From: a virus | Strand: one strand, 5' to 3' | Virus record (IMG/VR): IMGVR_UViG_3300045988_082110 | Span: 1 to 54,351 of that record | DNA length: 54,351 nt | Shown: positions 34,852-45,400 of the stretch, piece after piece | Layout of the letters: every line of letters begins with the position of its first letter | Position numbering within the stretch: position 1 is the stretch's first letter | Position numbers and translations under genes: made by a program | The notes under the pieces: generated by a model | Seen by the model: the letters and a program-made list of their open reading frames with translations, nothing else | Databases searched by the model: none | What the model was told of the DNA's origin: nothing

Positions 34852-34975
34852 TCAATGTTACGGTTGACAGACTAAAGTAGTCCTCCTTTCAAGGCGTAAG
34901 CCTACGAGATATGAACCTCTGAGTCGTTGTCCGTAACCAACACTCGGGGGTTCTTTTTTATTCCCCTGAGTTTGA
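34852..34975 (+). ncRNA. Candidate small structured RNA (about 120 nt)
   Basis: A long helix pairs 34857-34873 with 34922-34937 and encloses a GNRA hairpin, AGGC-GTAA-GCCT (34892-34903). A second hairpin pairs 34942-34950 with 34963-34971. Confidence 0.35.
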
Positions 34976-35301
34976 GACAAGACAAGATGGAAGACTATGG
35001 GCTAGATACATTCCGATTCATCGAGTCTATAAATTGCAAGGAAGAGTCATGGCAAAGCACAGGATTGATTGCAGAAGGTGCGACAAGGACTGAAAACTAT
35101 ATTTCAGAAAGCTGCAAAACCGATTCACGTATAGATTTGTGATAGGTCGATGGAAGGGGCGAATATACGGTCTCCACCCAAGTGAGTCCTCCACCACAAT
35201 GAAAGATTTGTGGGTAAGGGGGATTTTACTTCCCTCAGCTAACGTGCAACCAGTTCCTGTTTAAAGCCTACGGAATATAAATTTAATTAAATATTTTCGT
35301 T

Positions 35302-36048
35302 ATGAAAAATAATAAGAAACAACCTGACGTGTACGTGCCTACGCGCGAAGAGTTCGATGAGTTTTGTGCTTATGGAATGAAGTTGGATGATAAGGAATGG
35401 ATTAATGCCATTTGGAATCTTGTATCAAAAGCAGGATGGAAAAAGAAAAATGGCGAAGCTCCTAATCATTGGCACTCACTTGTGTCTGCGTATAATGGCG
35501 TGTTGATTGCAAAGAGAGGAAGAAAACCTCGTTTACGAGTAGAAAAGAAAGTTCCTCAGCATGAAAAGACAATCATTAATGAGATTGAAGATGAGTTTCC
35601 TGATAATGGTCTTCATTATGTAGCCTATACTGACGGCTCTTGTGATAACTTATCACAAACAAAGGCTGGTGGTGCTGCATACGTCATTCTCAAAGATGGG
35701 GAAATTTTGAAGGTGAAGAATCATGGTCAACTTAATACCTCAAACAACAGAATGGAGTTGTTGGCGATTATTAGTGCTGTGAACGCTTGCCCTGATGGTG
35801 CATACGTGGATATTTATACAGATAGCCAGTATTGTATCTTGGTGCTCTCCAAGTCATATAAGCCAAAGAAGAATCCTGACCTCTATGAGTTGTATAAGAA
35901 ATGCTCTGCTCATTTGGCAGGAGTTCGTTTTCACTGGGTGAAAGGTCACAATGGTGACAAGTACAATGAAATGGTCGATAACTTGGCTTATGGCGCATAT
36001 TGCGAAATCTGTGACCAATATAACATCGAAAAATCGAAAAGACATTAA
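35302..36048 (+). CDS. rnhA: RNase H (type 1) with a roughly 105-aa N-terminal extension
   Basis: YTDGSC, NNRMELLAI, IYTDSQY, KGHNGDKYNEMVDNLA (the D-E-D-D residues of RNase HI). Confidence 0.85.
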   Translation: MKNNKKQPDVYVPTREEFDEFCAYGMKLDDKEWINAIWNLVSKAGWKKKNGEAPNHWHSLVSAYNGVLIAKRGRKPRLRVEKKVPQHEKTIINEIEDEFPDNGLHYVAYTDGSCDNLSQTKAGGAAYVILKDGEILKVKNHGQLNTSNNRMELLAIISAVNACPDGAYVDIYTDSQYCILVLSKSYKPKKNPDLYELYKKCSAHLAGVRFHWVKGHNGDKYNEMVDNLAYGAYCEICDQYNIEKSKRH

Positions 36049-36059
36049 AATTTTGGCTT

Positions 36060-36440
36060 ATGGAACTTGATATGTTGATTAGAAGTGCCCTGAGTGATGC
36101 TAATTGGTTAATTGCTAAGGGTGGCACGGATAGGGCAGAAGTCCTGAATCGTGTGCTGGGTAAGATTGATAATGTCCTGAAAGAACTGGATGGGGCAGAA
36201 CTCATTGACCTCAACAAGGTGTGGCATCAGGCGAAAGATGTTATGCCGCCAAGCATTTATGGTGGCAATCATGCAGACTTGCTGTGTGTGCATCAGTTCA
36301 AGCCAACCTCTCATCCTCATCTTACTCACGAAGAGAACTGCCCTGAGTTTGAGGAGTATCTTAAAGCGAGTTCGAATGACTGGTGGTGTAGAACTGGGGA
36401 TTTGTTGAAGAAGGAACATCGTGAACTTTATTGGAGATAA
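36060..36440 (+). CDS. Hypothetical protein (126 aa)
   Basis: ORF track. Confidence 0.45.
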   Translation: MELDMLIRSALSDANWLIAKGGTDRAEVLNRVLGKIDNVLKELDGAELIDLNKVWHQAKDVMPPSIYGGNHADLLCVHQFKPTSHPHLTHEENCPEFEEYLKASSNDWWCRTGDLLKKEHRELYWR

Positions 36441-36464
36441 ATATATTAATTAAAATTTAAGATT

Positions 36465-36581
36465 ATGAGTGAATTATATTGGTTAGGTGTTTTAGGCAAC
36501 CTGAATGATTTAGGTGGGGCTATTGCTGTTTTATCATTTTTGGTATTTATAGCTTTAGGCTTCTGTTTTTTTTTTGTGTAG
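36465..36581 (+). CDS. Possible 38-aa TM peptide ending in a T10 run
   Basis: Hand translation gives MSELYWLGVLGNLNDLGGAIAVLSFLVFIALGFCFFFV. Confidence 0.35.
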   Translation: MSELYWLGVLGNLNDLGGAIAVLSFLVFIALGFCFFFV

Positions 36582-36609
36582 TGAAGATGATTTAGAACCA
36601 TCGACTTTT

Positions 36610-36837
36610 ATGAAAAAAATGTTTAAGGGTTCTATGTTTGCTATTGTGTTAGGGGTAGTTATGGCGATATTTATTCCTTCCCAAAAGAATCTGCTTATCA
36701 TCTATGGGGTAGGTGGCACTATTGATTATCTCAAAGAAAACAAGGATGCAAATAAGATTCCTGATAAGTGCATTAAGGCTCTTGACAAGTATCTTGATGA
36801 TGCGTTGAATGAAGATAAAGACAAAGATAAGGAGTAA
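36610..36837 (+). CDS. Small TM protein (75 aa from ATG; the track ORF starts at TTG 36574)
   Basis: MKKMFKGSMFAIVLGVVMAIFIP, followed by an acidic tail. Confidence 0.45.
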   Translation: MKKMFKGSMFAIVLGVVMAIFIPSQKNLLIIYGVGGTIDYLKENKDANKIPDKCIKALDKYLDDALNEDKDKDKE

Positions 36838-36839
36838 CT

Positions 36840-37118
36840 ATGGTATCTGAATCAACTAGATATTATCAGACTCACCCAGCAGCTAGGGCACGGAAGGCTG
36901 CCTACGATACAAAGTTCGAGTCTTCTCCTGCTCAGAAGGCTAAGCGTATGGTACTCGCCCGACACAACGCTGCCCATGATAAAAAGTATGGGGCAGCTTC
37001 TCGCAAGGGCATGGATGCTAGCCATACACGTTCAGGAATTAGGTATAAGCCATCATCGGTGAATCGTGGTTCCAAGACGGATATGGCTGGGGATAGAAGA
37101 GCGAGAGGCGGTCGCTGA
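36840..37118 (+). CDS. Basic hypothetical protein (92 aa)
   Basis: ORF track. Confidence 0.45.
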   Translation: MVSESTRYYQTHPAARARKAAYDTKFESSPAQKAKRMVLARHNAAHDKKYGAASRKGMDASHTRSGIRYKPSSVNRGSKTDMAGDRRARGGR

Positions 37119-37134
37119 TAGTGAATAAAAAAAG

Positions 37135-37162
37135 AATAGGGAGTGCTCACGCATTCCCTATT
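37135..37162. terminator. 12-bp hairpin between convergent genes (T7 run on the minus side)
   Basis: AATAGGGAGTGC-tcac-GCATTCCCTATT. On the minus strand it is followed by TCTTTTTTT. Confidence 0.65.
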
Positions 37163-37240
37163 TCGTTATCCTAACAATCTTAAAACCTATAAACCAAAAA
37201 ACCTATGAAAAAAACAAACGTTCTTTTTATGAATTACATT

Positions 37241-37549
37241 TTATCCTTCCTCTTCCGACATCTGTCTCAACTTCTCGGTGAGGGCATTGTGAACCTCACG
37301 CTTATCGTCAAGAGTGACGGTCTGTAGCTTAGGGCAGTTGAACTCTAGTATCTTGATGAATGATGCTACCTTATCCTTCGGCTCGCACTTATACCAAGCT
37401 GCCATGAAATCATCCCATGCCTCTCTAGAAAAGTCGGCACACAACTCACGAAACTCCTTGTTGATAGGAGATTCGTAACCTTTCTTCTTACCTCCAGTCT
37501 TTGCCCGACCTTTCTCGAACTGACCTTTTGTATTTCTATCTACTGCCAT
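37241..37549 (-). CDS. DUF5681-like protein (family often found next to terminases; possible small terminase)
   Basis: MAVDRNTKGQFEKGRAKTGGKKKG resembles the G.F.KG.SGNP.GRPKG N-terminus. The start is set at ATG 37549, behind a late promoter. Confidence 0.5.
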   Translation of the reverse strand: MAVDRNTKGQFEKGRAKTGGKKKGYESPINKEFRELCADFSREAWDDFMAAWYKCEPKDKVASFIKILEFNCPKLQTVTLDDKREVHNALTEKLRQMSEEEG

Positions 37550-37568
37550 TGACTTAACTATTTTGGTG

Positions 37569-37609
37569 CAAAGATAGTAATTATTCGGCAAACGGAAACT
37601 TTATCCGTT
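37569..37609 (-). promoter_or_regulatory. Late-type promoter: AACGGATAA-N24-TATCTTTG
   Basis: On the plus strand, TTATCCGTT is at 37601-37609, followed by 24 nt and CAAAGATA at 37569-37576. Confidence 0.65.
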
Positions 37610-37627
37610 AACTCACCTACCTAAATA

Positions 37628-37668
37628 AACGGATAAAATACGAATCTCGGATGGTATCAGTATCTTTG
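37628..37668 (+). promoter_or_regulatory. Late-type promoter: AACGGATAA-N24-TATCTTTG (giant-ORF operon)
   Basis: The 9-mer is at 37628-37636, followed by 24 nt and the box at 37661-37668. The ATG is at 37701. Confidence 0.65.
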
Positions 37669-37700
37669 TACCATTATTAATAATTTTAATTTTCATATAT

Positions 37701-38366
37701 ATGATAGGTGCATTAATAGGTGCTGGGCTTGGTCTTGCAAGCAGTATTGCTGGCGGTATAGCTAACCGCAAGGTGAGAAAAAAGCAGGAGCAGATGATTG
37801 CTCAGCAGCAGAGAGAAAATCAGGCATGGTATGATAGAAAGTATAATGAAGACCCTACCAAGCGTGCTGATACGGTTCGATTGCTCACACAGATGCAGGA
37901 GCAGATTAAGAACAGAAACAAGGCAGCTAAGGGTAGACAAGCGGTGATGGGTGGTACGGAAGATTCCACTACTGCGGTAAAGGAGGCGAACAACAAGACT
38001 CTTGCTGATACTACCTCACAGATTGTGGCTGCTAATGATGCCCGAAAGGATAACATTGAGCAGCAGTATATGAACAGAAAGAACCAGTTGCAGAACCAGC
38101 AGATGAGTATTGACGCTGAGAAGGCTGCTGATACTGCCAATGCGGTTGCTGGTGTGGCTGGTACTGCTGCCAATATCGCTGCATCGCTTGATAGTGGTGC
38201 TGGTGGTGCGAAGAAGGCACCGAATATGAATGTGACTCAGGAGCAGTTGAATGGTATCGCTAAGGACTCAAATGATGTTCTTGGCTTGAAGGCTAAGGCT
38301 ACGGCTCTTCCTTCTGAGGGTGACTTGAATAGCCTTGGGGCTAAACTTCAAAAGATTAAAGCATAA
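37701..38366 (+). CDS. Internal virion/DNA-pilot-like protein (Gly-rich hydrophobic N-terminus, Gln-rich coiled coil)
   Basis: MIGALIGAGLGLASSIAGGIANRK followed by Q/N/A-rich helices. This composition resembles ejection or pilot proteins. Confidence 0.5.
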   Translation: MIGALIGAGLGLASSIAGGIANRKVRKKQEQMIAQQQRENQAWYDRKYNEDPTKRADTVRLLTQMQEQIKNRNKAAKGRQAVMGGTEDSTTAVKEANNKTLADTTSQIVAANDARKDNIEQQYMNRKNQLQNQQMSIDAEKAADTANAVAGVAGTAANIAASLDSGAGGAKKAPNMNVTQEQLNGIAKDSNDVLGLKAKATALPSEGDLNSLGAKLQKIKA

Positions 38367-38370
38367 GCCT

Positions 38371-39459
38371 ATGAAAGCATCAGATATGTTACGAAACAAC
38401 AATGGCTTGAAGACAACACAGAGTGTTCTCAATAAGCAGCAGAGTGGGGTGGATGCCGCTCAGAAGGTGGCACAGACTCAGGCTCCAGTCTTCACCCAGC
38501 AGCAACTTGATGCGGCTGGCAAGAAGGTTGACCAGATGAATGCTGCCACTCCTCAGAATGAAACACCTACGATGAAGGCGGCTAGAGAGAAGACTATCGC
38601 TACTCAGCAAGCTATCGCCAATGGTGTAGATGTGAATCAGGGTGCGCCAAGTGATGAGGAGGATAAACCATCTGTCCCTATCGTGAAGAAGGAGGAGCCT
38701 AAACCTCAGCCTAAGCAGTTGTCTTATGCTGATATGTATAAGATGCTGAATCCTGAACTGAATGAGACTGCTGAGCAGAGGGCGAACAGAGAGAAGAAGG
38801 AACGTGCCAAGGCTCGTATCGCTGCTACTGGTGATGGTCTTCGTGCGCTCGCCAATATTTTCTTTGCTACGAATGGTGCCAAGGTGGTACACAATCCTGA
38901 GTCGGATATGACTAAGGCGGTGAATAAACGCAAGGCTTATATGGATGCTCAGAGAGAGAAGAATCGGGCATCATGGCTGGCAGGGTATCAGAGGGCACTC
39001 GCTCTTGATGAGGAAGCTAGGAAGAATAACCTGACTCTCGCTGAGCAGATGAGGTATCACGATAATATGGATAGAGTCAATAGAGCAAAAGCCATGTTAG
39101 ACCAAATGAGGATAGCAAAGCAAGATGAATACAATAAGGGTAAATTAAGTAATCAGGAGTCTGCGAACAAAGAATCTGTTCGACATCATAAAGAGCAGGA
39201 AAGTATTAGTAGGAAGAATGCCAACGCTAATGTGACTAGAGCACAAAAGGCAGGGAAAAATAAAGGTGGTTCTTCTAAAGAAAACTATAATAAAACTCTC
39301 GCTGGTTTAACTACTAATGACCCTAATGGAGTAAGAGCGGTTACTAGGAGTTTGAAACGTGATGGTGTTCCTCAAAATGCACAGACAATAGTAGAGGCTT
39401 ACAGAACACGGAAGGGTTCTTCTTCATCTAATGGTAGAACACTTCATGGAATAAAATAA
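38371..39459 (+). CDS. Lys/Gln-rich hypothetical internal protein (362 aa)
   Basis: The first ATG after the TTG-started track ORF, 4 nt after the upstream stop. Confidence 0.5.
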   Translation: MKASDMLRNNNGLKTTQSVLNKQQSGVDAAQKVAQTQAPVFTQQQLDAAGKKVDQMNAATPQNETPTMKAAREKTIATQQAIANGVDVNQGAPSDEEDKPSVPIVKKEEPKPQPKQLSYADMYKMLNPELNETAEQRANREKKERAKARIAATGDGLRALANIFFATNGAKVVHNPESDMTKAVNKRKAYMDAQREKNRASWLAGYQRALALDEEARKNNLTLAEQMRYHDNMDRVNRAKAMLDQMRIAKQDEYNKGKLSNQESANKESVRHHKEQESISRKNANANVTRAQKAGKNKGGSSKENYNKTLAGLTTNDPNGVRAVTRSLKRDGVPQNAQTIVEAYRTRKGSSSSNGRTLHGIK

Positions 39460-39466
39460 TTATAAT

Positions 39467-42400
39467 ATGGCTACAAGAAAAGAGATTGCACAGAATCAAA
39501 AGATTCTATATGATGATGCAGTTGCAAACAATATGTTTCAGGCTGCTGTACCTAGCTTTAAGGAGTTTCAGAAGCGACTCGAAGGTCAGGGGTATCAGAA
39601 AATGGTGTATGATAACTACAAAAAGCACAATGTGAGAGGAAAGGGATTTAATAATCTCAATGAGTTCCGTGGTGCTTTTGGTGGTTCTTTCTATGCTGAT
39701 GAAAATAAAATTGGTGTATCGGCTGGGGCAGCAGCTATCTCGGCTAGTGCTCAGCAGACAAAGAACAATGCTGGCAGATACAATAGACTGAAACAACGCA
39801 AGCAGAAACAGCAGAAGGATTTCGGTCGTGTGAACTTGGGTACACATCAGACTCCTTATGGTGGTGATGCAAACAATGTGGTGAAGGATGATTTTGCTTA
39901 CAATCCTGAGACTGGCAAGACTGGCGCATACGTTACCTCGGACAATGAGAATGCTTATTCTCTTCCTGAAGCTGAGCAGATGCAAGCTATTCTTGACAAG
40001 CAGAACGATGCCTATCAGGTAGCGGTAGATACTGGCGAGATTCCATCTGCATTTGATGTTCGTGACAAGAATGGTAACTATGACTTGCAGGAGAACATCG
40101 GCAAGAATGGAACCTACCTTACTGAGGAGGGTGCTCAAAAGCAGTTTGACAAGAAACTGGCTGATGCCTATGCTCGAAAGAAGGAGATTGAGGCTCTTAT
40201 CGCTGAGGATAATCGGCAACACGGAAATCCTTTGCTCTCTTATGGTGCTAGTATCGGTGCAAGTAACGGAAGAACTGCTGAGCAGAGTGACTATAGAAAT
40301 AAGTTGGCAACCTCTCTTTCTCTGGTTAAGCAGCAGATTGGTGCGCTGGAAGCGGTGAAACAATATCCTACAAGTAGCTGGGGTGAGGATGCCTTGAAGG
40401 CTCTTGACAATACTGCATTTACTGCAAAAACATGGGATTTCGGTCTTACTGACTTCGCTACTATGGGGCAGATGGAACGTATCAAGACAAAGATGGATAA
40501 CAATATTCCTCTCTCAGGTTCTGATAAGATGCTCTTGAAGAGTAAACTGGGTGCGGATGCTGCTGCGGCTCTTGAAGACGAGAAGATGGGTAACGTCTAT
40601 CGTTGGACGAAGATTGCAGGGCAGAGTCTCCCATTTATGGCTGACTTTTTCTTGACTGGCGGTTATGGTGGTATTACTAAGGGCATCAGTCGTGGAGCCT
40701 TGAAGATTGCTGCTAAGCGTGGCATGGGCAAGGTGAGTGCTGCGGTCTTGAAGAATACTGGTATTGTGATTGGTGATATTATCGGCTCGTATGCGATGGC
40801 TGGAACTGAGCAAGCGTTGAAGACTGGTGCTGACATCATGCAGCGACATCTTGGTAATCTGTATCAGGATGAGAAGGGTGATTATAAGTTTGGTACTTTC
40901 GATGAGAATGGAAATCTTCTGCATGAGGGTGGTGAGTCTATTGGTACTGCTCTCTATAAGGGTATGACCTCTGCTATGGTAGAGAACTATACTGAAAAAC
41001 TCTTCGGTCACAACTATGGTATCAAGAAGGGTGCTGTCAACTTTATGGAGAAACATGGTATGAATGCTTCTGCTGAGTTCTTCAAGAATATCGGCAAGAG
41101 TGGATGGTATACCAATTCCAAGAAGTGGATGGAGAAGTTCGGTATCAATGGTTTCGCTGAGGAAGTTATGGAGGAGGAAATTGGTATTCCTCTTCATGCC
41201 TTGCTGGATGGTGAAGGTAAGGTTAGCGACCTTCTTGATGCTAAGCAGCAACTCGACATCATCGGTGGTATGGCTATCTCGGTCGGTTCTATGTATGCGA
41301 TGGGTGCTGGCTCCCGACCAGTAAAAGGTATCTACAATCGTGCTCAGTATTACCGATTCCGCAACAAGGTGAACGTGGCTGATAGTGATGCTCAGAACCT
41401 TATGGGCGATAACTGGGCAGACATCAAGGATAAGATAGACAACGCAACCAACGAGCAGATGGGTGGCGTGCTGGCTGATATTCTCAGACAGAGAGATACC
41501 ATGACCAAGGAGCAGATTAATGCTGCTGTTAACTATGGTGTCAACCTGATGAAGATGCGTGGCTACAATATTGCCAAGACTGCTGAAATGAATGCCAAGG
41601 AGATAACCAATGAGCCTACAACACCTGAGGAGCAGCATCAGGCAGATATTGACAACGCTTATTCTGAGGGGCATGATGCTGATGATGCAGACAAGCATGA
41701 TATTCAGATTCAGCAGGAAGACCAGATGAAGACTCTTGCAGCAGCATTGGGTATCTCTGAGCAGCAGCTATCTGCCATGAGTGACGAGGAACTGGAATCC
41801 ATGACTGGGCAGGATGATAAACTTGACCAAGCTATCTATGACTACCAGTTGTCTTCTGCCCGATACCAAGGTGTGGTTGATGATGCACAAGACAAGGTTG
41901 ACCTTGCTGCTCATCAGGCAGAGCAGAGAGTGGATATGTACACAGACCAGAGTCGTAGTTCTGTCCGTAACGCTACTATCAAAGCATTAGGTGGCTTGGA
42001 AGACTATGGTGTTTATATTATCAGTGGTAATATTGCTACTCATGATGATGGCTCCATTGATGTAAGCAATAGCGATGGTATGATTCTATACTATGACCCG
42101 ACAACGAATAGTGTAGAACATGCTGATGCGTTGATGTTCGCTGAACTGGGTGAAGAACTCCCTGCTGATGATGTGAAGGCTCAGGCAGTAGCTGATGCAA
42201 AAGAGAATGCTATCAAGGAAGTGGCTGGCATCATTGATGGAACCGTTGAAATTGGCTCCCAGTTCAATGTGACTGATACTGATGGTACTGAACATACCTA
42301 TGAGGTGTTGGCTGACTATGGTGATGGTACTGCTGCTATCTCTATAGATGGTAACGTGGTGGAGAATCCTTATTCGCTTGCAGACTTGCAGCAGATGAAA

Positions 42401-45400
42401 GACTTGGAAGACCAGAAGAGACTGGAAGCTGCCAAGGCTGAGCGTGAGCAGATGGAAAAAGAACGTGCTGCCCAGCAGAATCAGGAGACAGAAGAGACTC
42501 AACCTTCGTTTGACTTCAATCAGATTCTCAATGATAATGGTAACGTGGTGCTCGTTGATGTGCTCGACAAGGATGGTAATACCAAATATCCTGACTCTAG
42601 ATTGTTCCTCATTCGTGATGCTGGTGCCAAGGCTAAGGTAGTTGAGTTGAAGAGTGATGGTACTATTGTTCCTCATGCTGTGAACAAAGAAGATGTGGCA
42701 ACTATCTCTTCTATGTCGCTCGATGAATACAAACAAGCTATGCCTGAATCCTCAACAATAGAGGATAATAGTGGAGAAGAATCTGATGAGGATTCTCAGT
42801 TGGCAAATCTCGGTTTGCCTAAAGGTAGCGAGATATGGATGAGTGGCGATGGATTCGGAAGACCAAAGGAAAACACTCTATCAAAAGTTGTTGGTATTGA
42901 TGAGCAGGGCAGTATAATCCTTGAAGATAAGGATGGTAAAAAGTGGTCTGCATCATTTGATTATATCAACAACCATCGTGAGCTTCCACCTTTGGATGAG
43001 AATACCAATATCGTTAATGAGGAGAATAATCAATCTGAATCAAATGCTGAGGAGAACACTCCTGCTCCTGAGCAGACTCCTGCTATTACTCTTGAAGATG
43101 GAACCATTGTTCCTATGCTGGAGGATGGCAATCCTGACTTCTCGAAGCTGACTGCCGCACAGACTGCTGAGTTGTATGATACTCAGTTCGGTGAGGATGC
43201 AGATAGTATCGTATCTGGATATGTGTCTGACGCAAAGAAGGCACTCGACAAGGCTAGCAACATGACCGTGAAAGGTAAGACTTTCGTGGAACAGAAGGCT
43301 GCCAAGGATGCCAAGGAGAAGGCTATTGCTGATGCTCAGGCGGTTTATGATTCTGCTATCGCTATTCGTGATGCTTACAACGAGCGACAACTGGCTAAGG
43401 TGGAAGATACTGCTGAGGGTAGAAAGGAACTCATTGAGAAGGCAAGAAGAAAGTTCGCTCGCTTGAAGAGTGCTGTTAAGGATGATGCTGAGGCTGTATC
43501 ACAACTCTACCGAGAAACTATCGGTTCTCTCCTTCATCGTCTGTATGATAGTACTGGTATTGACGTGACTGATACAACTCCGCTTACTGCTGAGGAGTAT
43601 GTGGCTAGCAACCTCGGTGCTCACTCTCTCAACTTAGAGGGAACAGAGACAAGCAAGGGTGTTAAGCAGGAGACTGGATTGAGCAGAGAAGACTTTGCCA
43701 AGACTCAGTTGCTCGCTGCTGATGGCAAGGGAACTACTATTGATGCGCTCGTTCACAGCTTGTGGGAGAATCGTCCATCCAACCTTGAATCACTCGACAC
43801 TCAGGATATTCGTAACGCACTTATCGGTGTACTCAATAGCGGTTTTAAGGCATCGGAAGCAAGGAATTTTGTTGAAAATATTCGCATTGCTCAGGCAGAG
43901 AACATACTTGAAGAGCAGAAACGTGCTCAGGAGAATGCAGCCTATGCTGAGCAGCACAAGGCTGAGCCAGAGGCCGAGTTGAAGGCGAAGTCGGATGAAA
44001 AGGCTGAGTTGAAGGCGAAGTCTGAGGCGAAGTTGGATAATGAATCGTCTAATGAATCTAATGATTTGTCTAATGAAACGGATAATGAGAAGATAAATGA
44101 CAATATAAATGATAACATAAATGTTCCTGAGGATGCTACTGATGAGAATCCTTTAGGCGCACAGCGTGATGAATCTGACCTTCCTTTCTCTGCTAAGGAG
44201 AATGGTATGCAGCAGACAACTGCCGTGCGTGCTGCTGACGTGGAGAAGAATAAGGTGAATGATATGAAGGTTGTTGACAATATCGTAGGGCAGAAGACTC
44301 GCAAGGCTTTCGAGAGACTGGCTAAGATGATGGGTGCTAACATTCAATGGCAGTACTCTGACAAGTTGGGCAACGGCTGGATTCAGGAGACCAAGGATGC
44401 CGATGGCAACGTTCATCGTACCATCTTCATCACTCTTGACTCTTCTATCACGGAAGGTGCTCAATTTATCTTCGGTCACGAAATGACCCACCAAATCAAG
44501 AACCTGAACCCTGCTGCATACAATGAGTTGACTCAGCTTGTGCTTGATACCTATGGCTCTGATGCCTTCGACAAGGCGGTGGATGAGACCATGCAGAGAT
44601 ATTCTGATGCTGGATTCTCTGGACGTGCTAGAGATTACTATGCTGAGGAGGTTGTTGCTGATTCGGTAGGTGAAATGATTCGTGACTTGAACCTTGCTCA
44701 CACTCTAGCCATGAAGATGTCTCATCCTCTGCTCGCTGCTATCCATGAGATATTGCAGAAGATTAAGTTGGCATTCTTTGGTACTGAGTATAGCGATGTG
44801 ACCAAGAACATCATCCGCTCTATCGAACAAGCCTACGTGAAGACTGCCAATGGTCAGGTAACGAATTCTGAAACTGGCGAAGATGTTGCCTTCTCTCTCC
44901 GTCAGAAACCTGAACCTAAGAAGAAGGGTGTCGGCTACAAGGTGTTCGTGCTAAAGGATGGCAAACTCTATCCACCAATGGTAGCGAACCCTGATGGCGC
45001 TGCTACTCCAGTTGGTGTATGGCTCGATGCTGATGCGGCTCCTATTGCAGGAGAAAGCAAGACTGGCAGACCTCAGGTTAAGCAGGGCGGCAAGGGAACA
45101 CAAGGCGGTAGCGGTAAGCTAGCCTATAGACCAGGCTGGCATCTTGGTGTAGTGCCTTATGCTATTCAGTTCAATCGCAAGGATGCTGAGGGAAACAAGA
45201 CTCTCTTCCCTAAGAACTTCGTCTTCGCTGAGGTGGAGTATGCTGCTGATGTTGATTATCAGGAGGAAGCTCGCCAAGAGGGTATCAATCCATCGGGCAA
45301 GTATCAGCATTCATTGGCTGGTTTGAAACATCTGCCTACTGATGGATATTATATGTATCGTACCAACCCGAACCCTGAGACTGACCCTTGGGTGATTACT

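Noticed and set aside
34927-35142. 71-aa plus-strand ORF in the non-coding region
   Set aside because: It has a non-ATG start and overlaps the predicted hairpins. Its composition is unconvincing and it has no neighbouring coupled gene. It is kept only as an alternative in the ncRNA finding.
34467-36048. Retron or DGR-like element (structured non-coding RNA next to an RNase H gene)
   Set aside because: No reverse transcriptase ORF exists anywhere in the window, and no template/variable repeat pair was seen.
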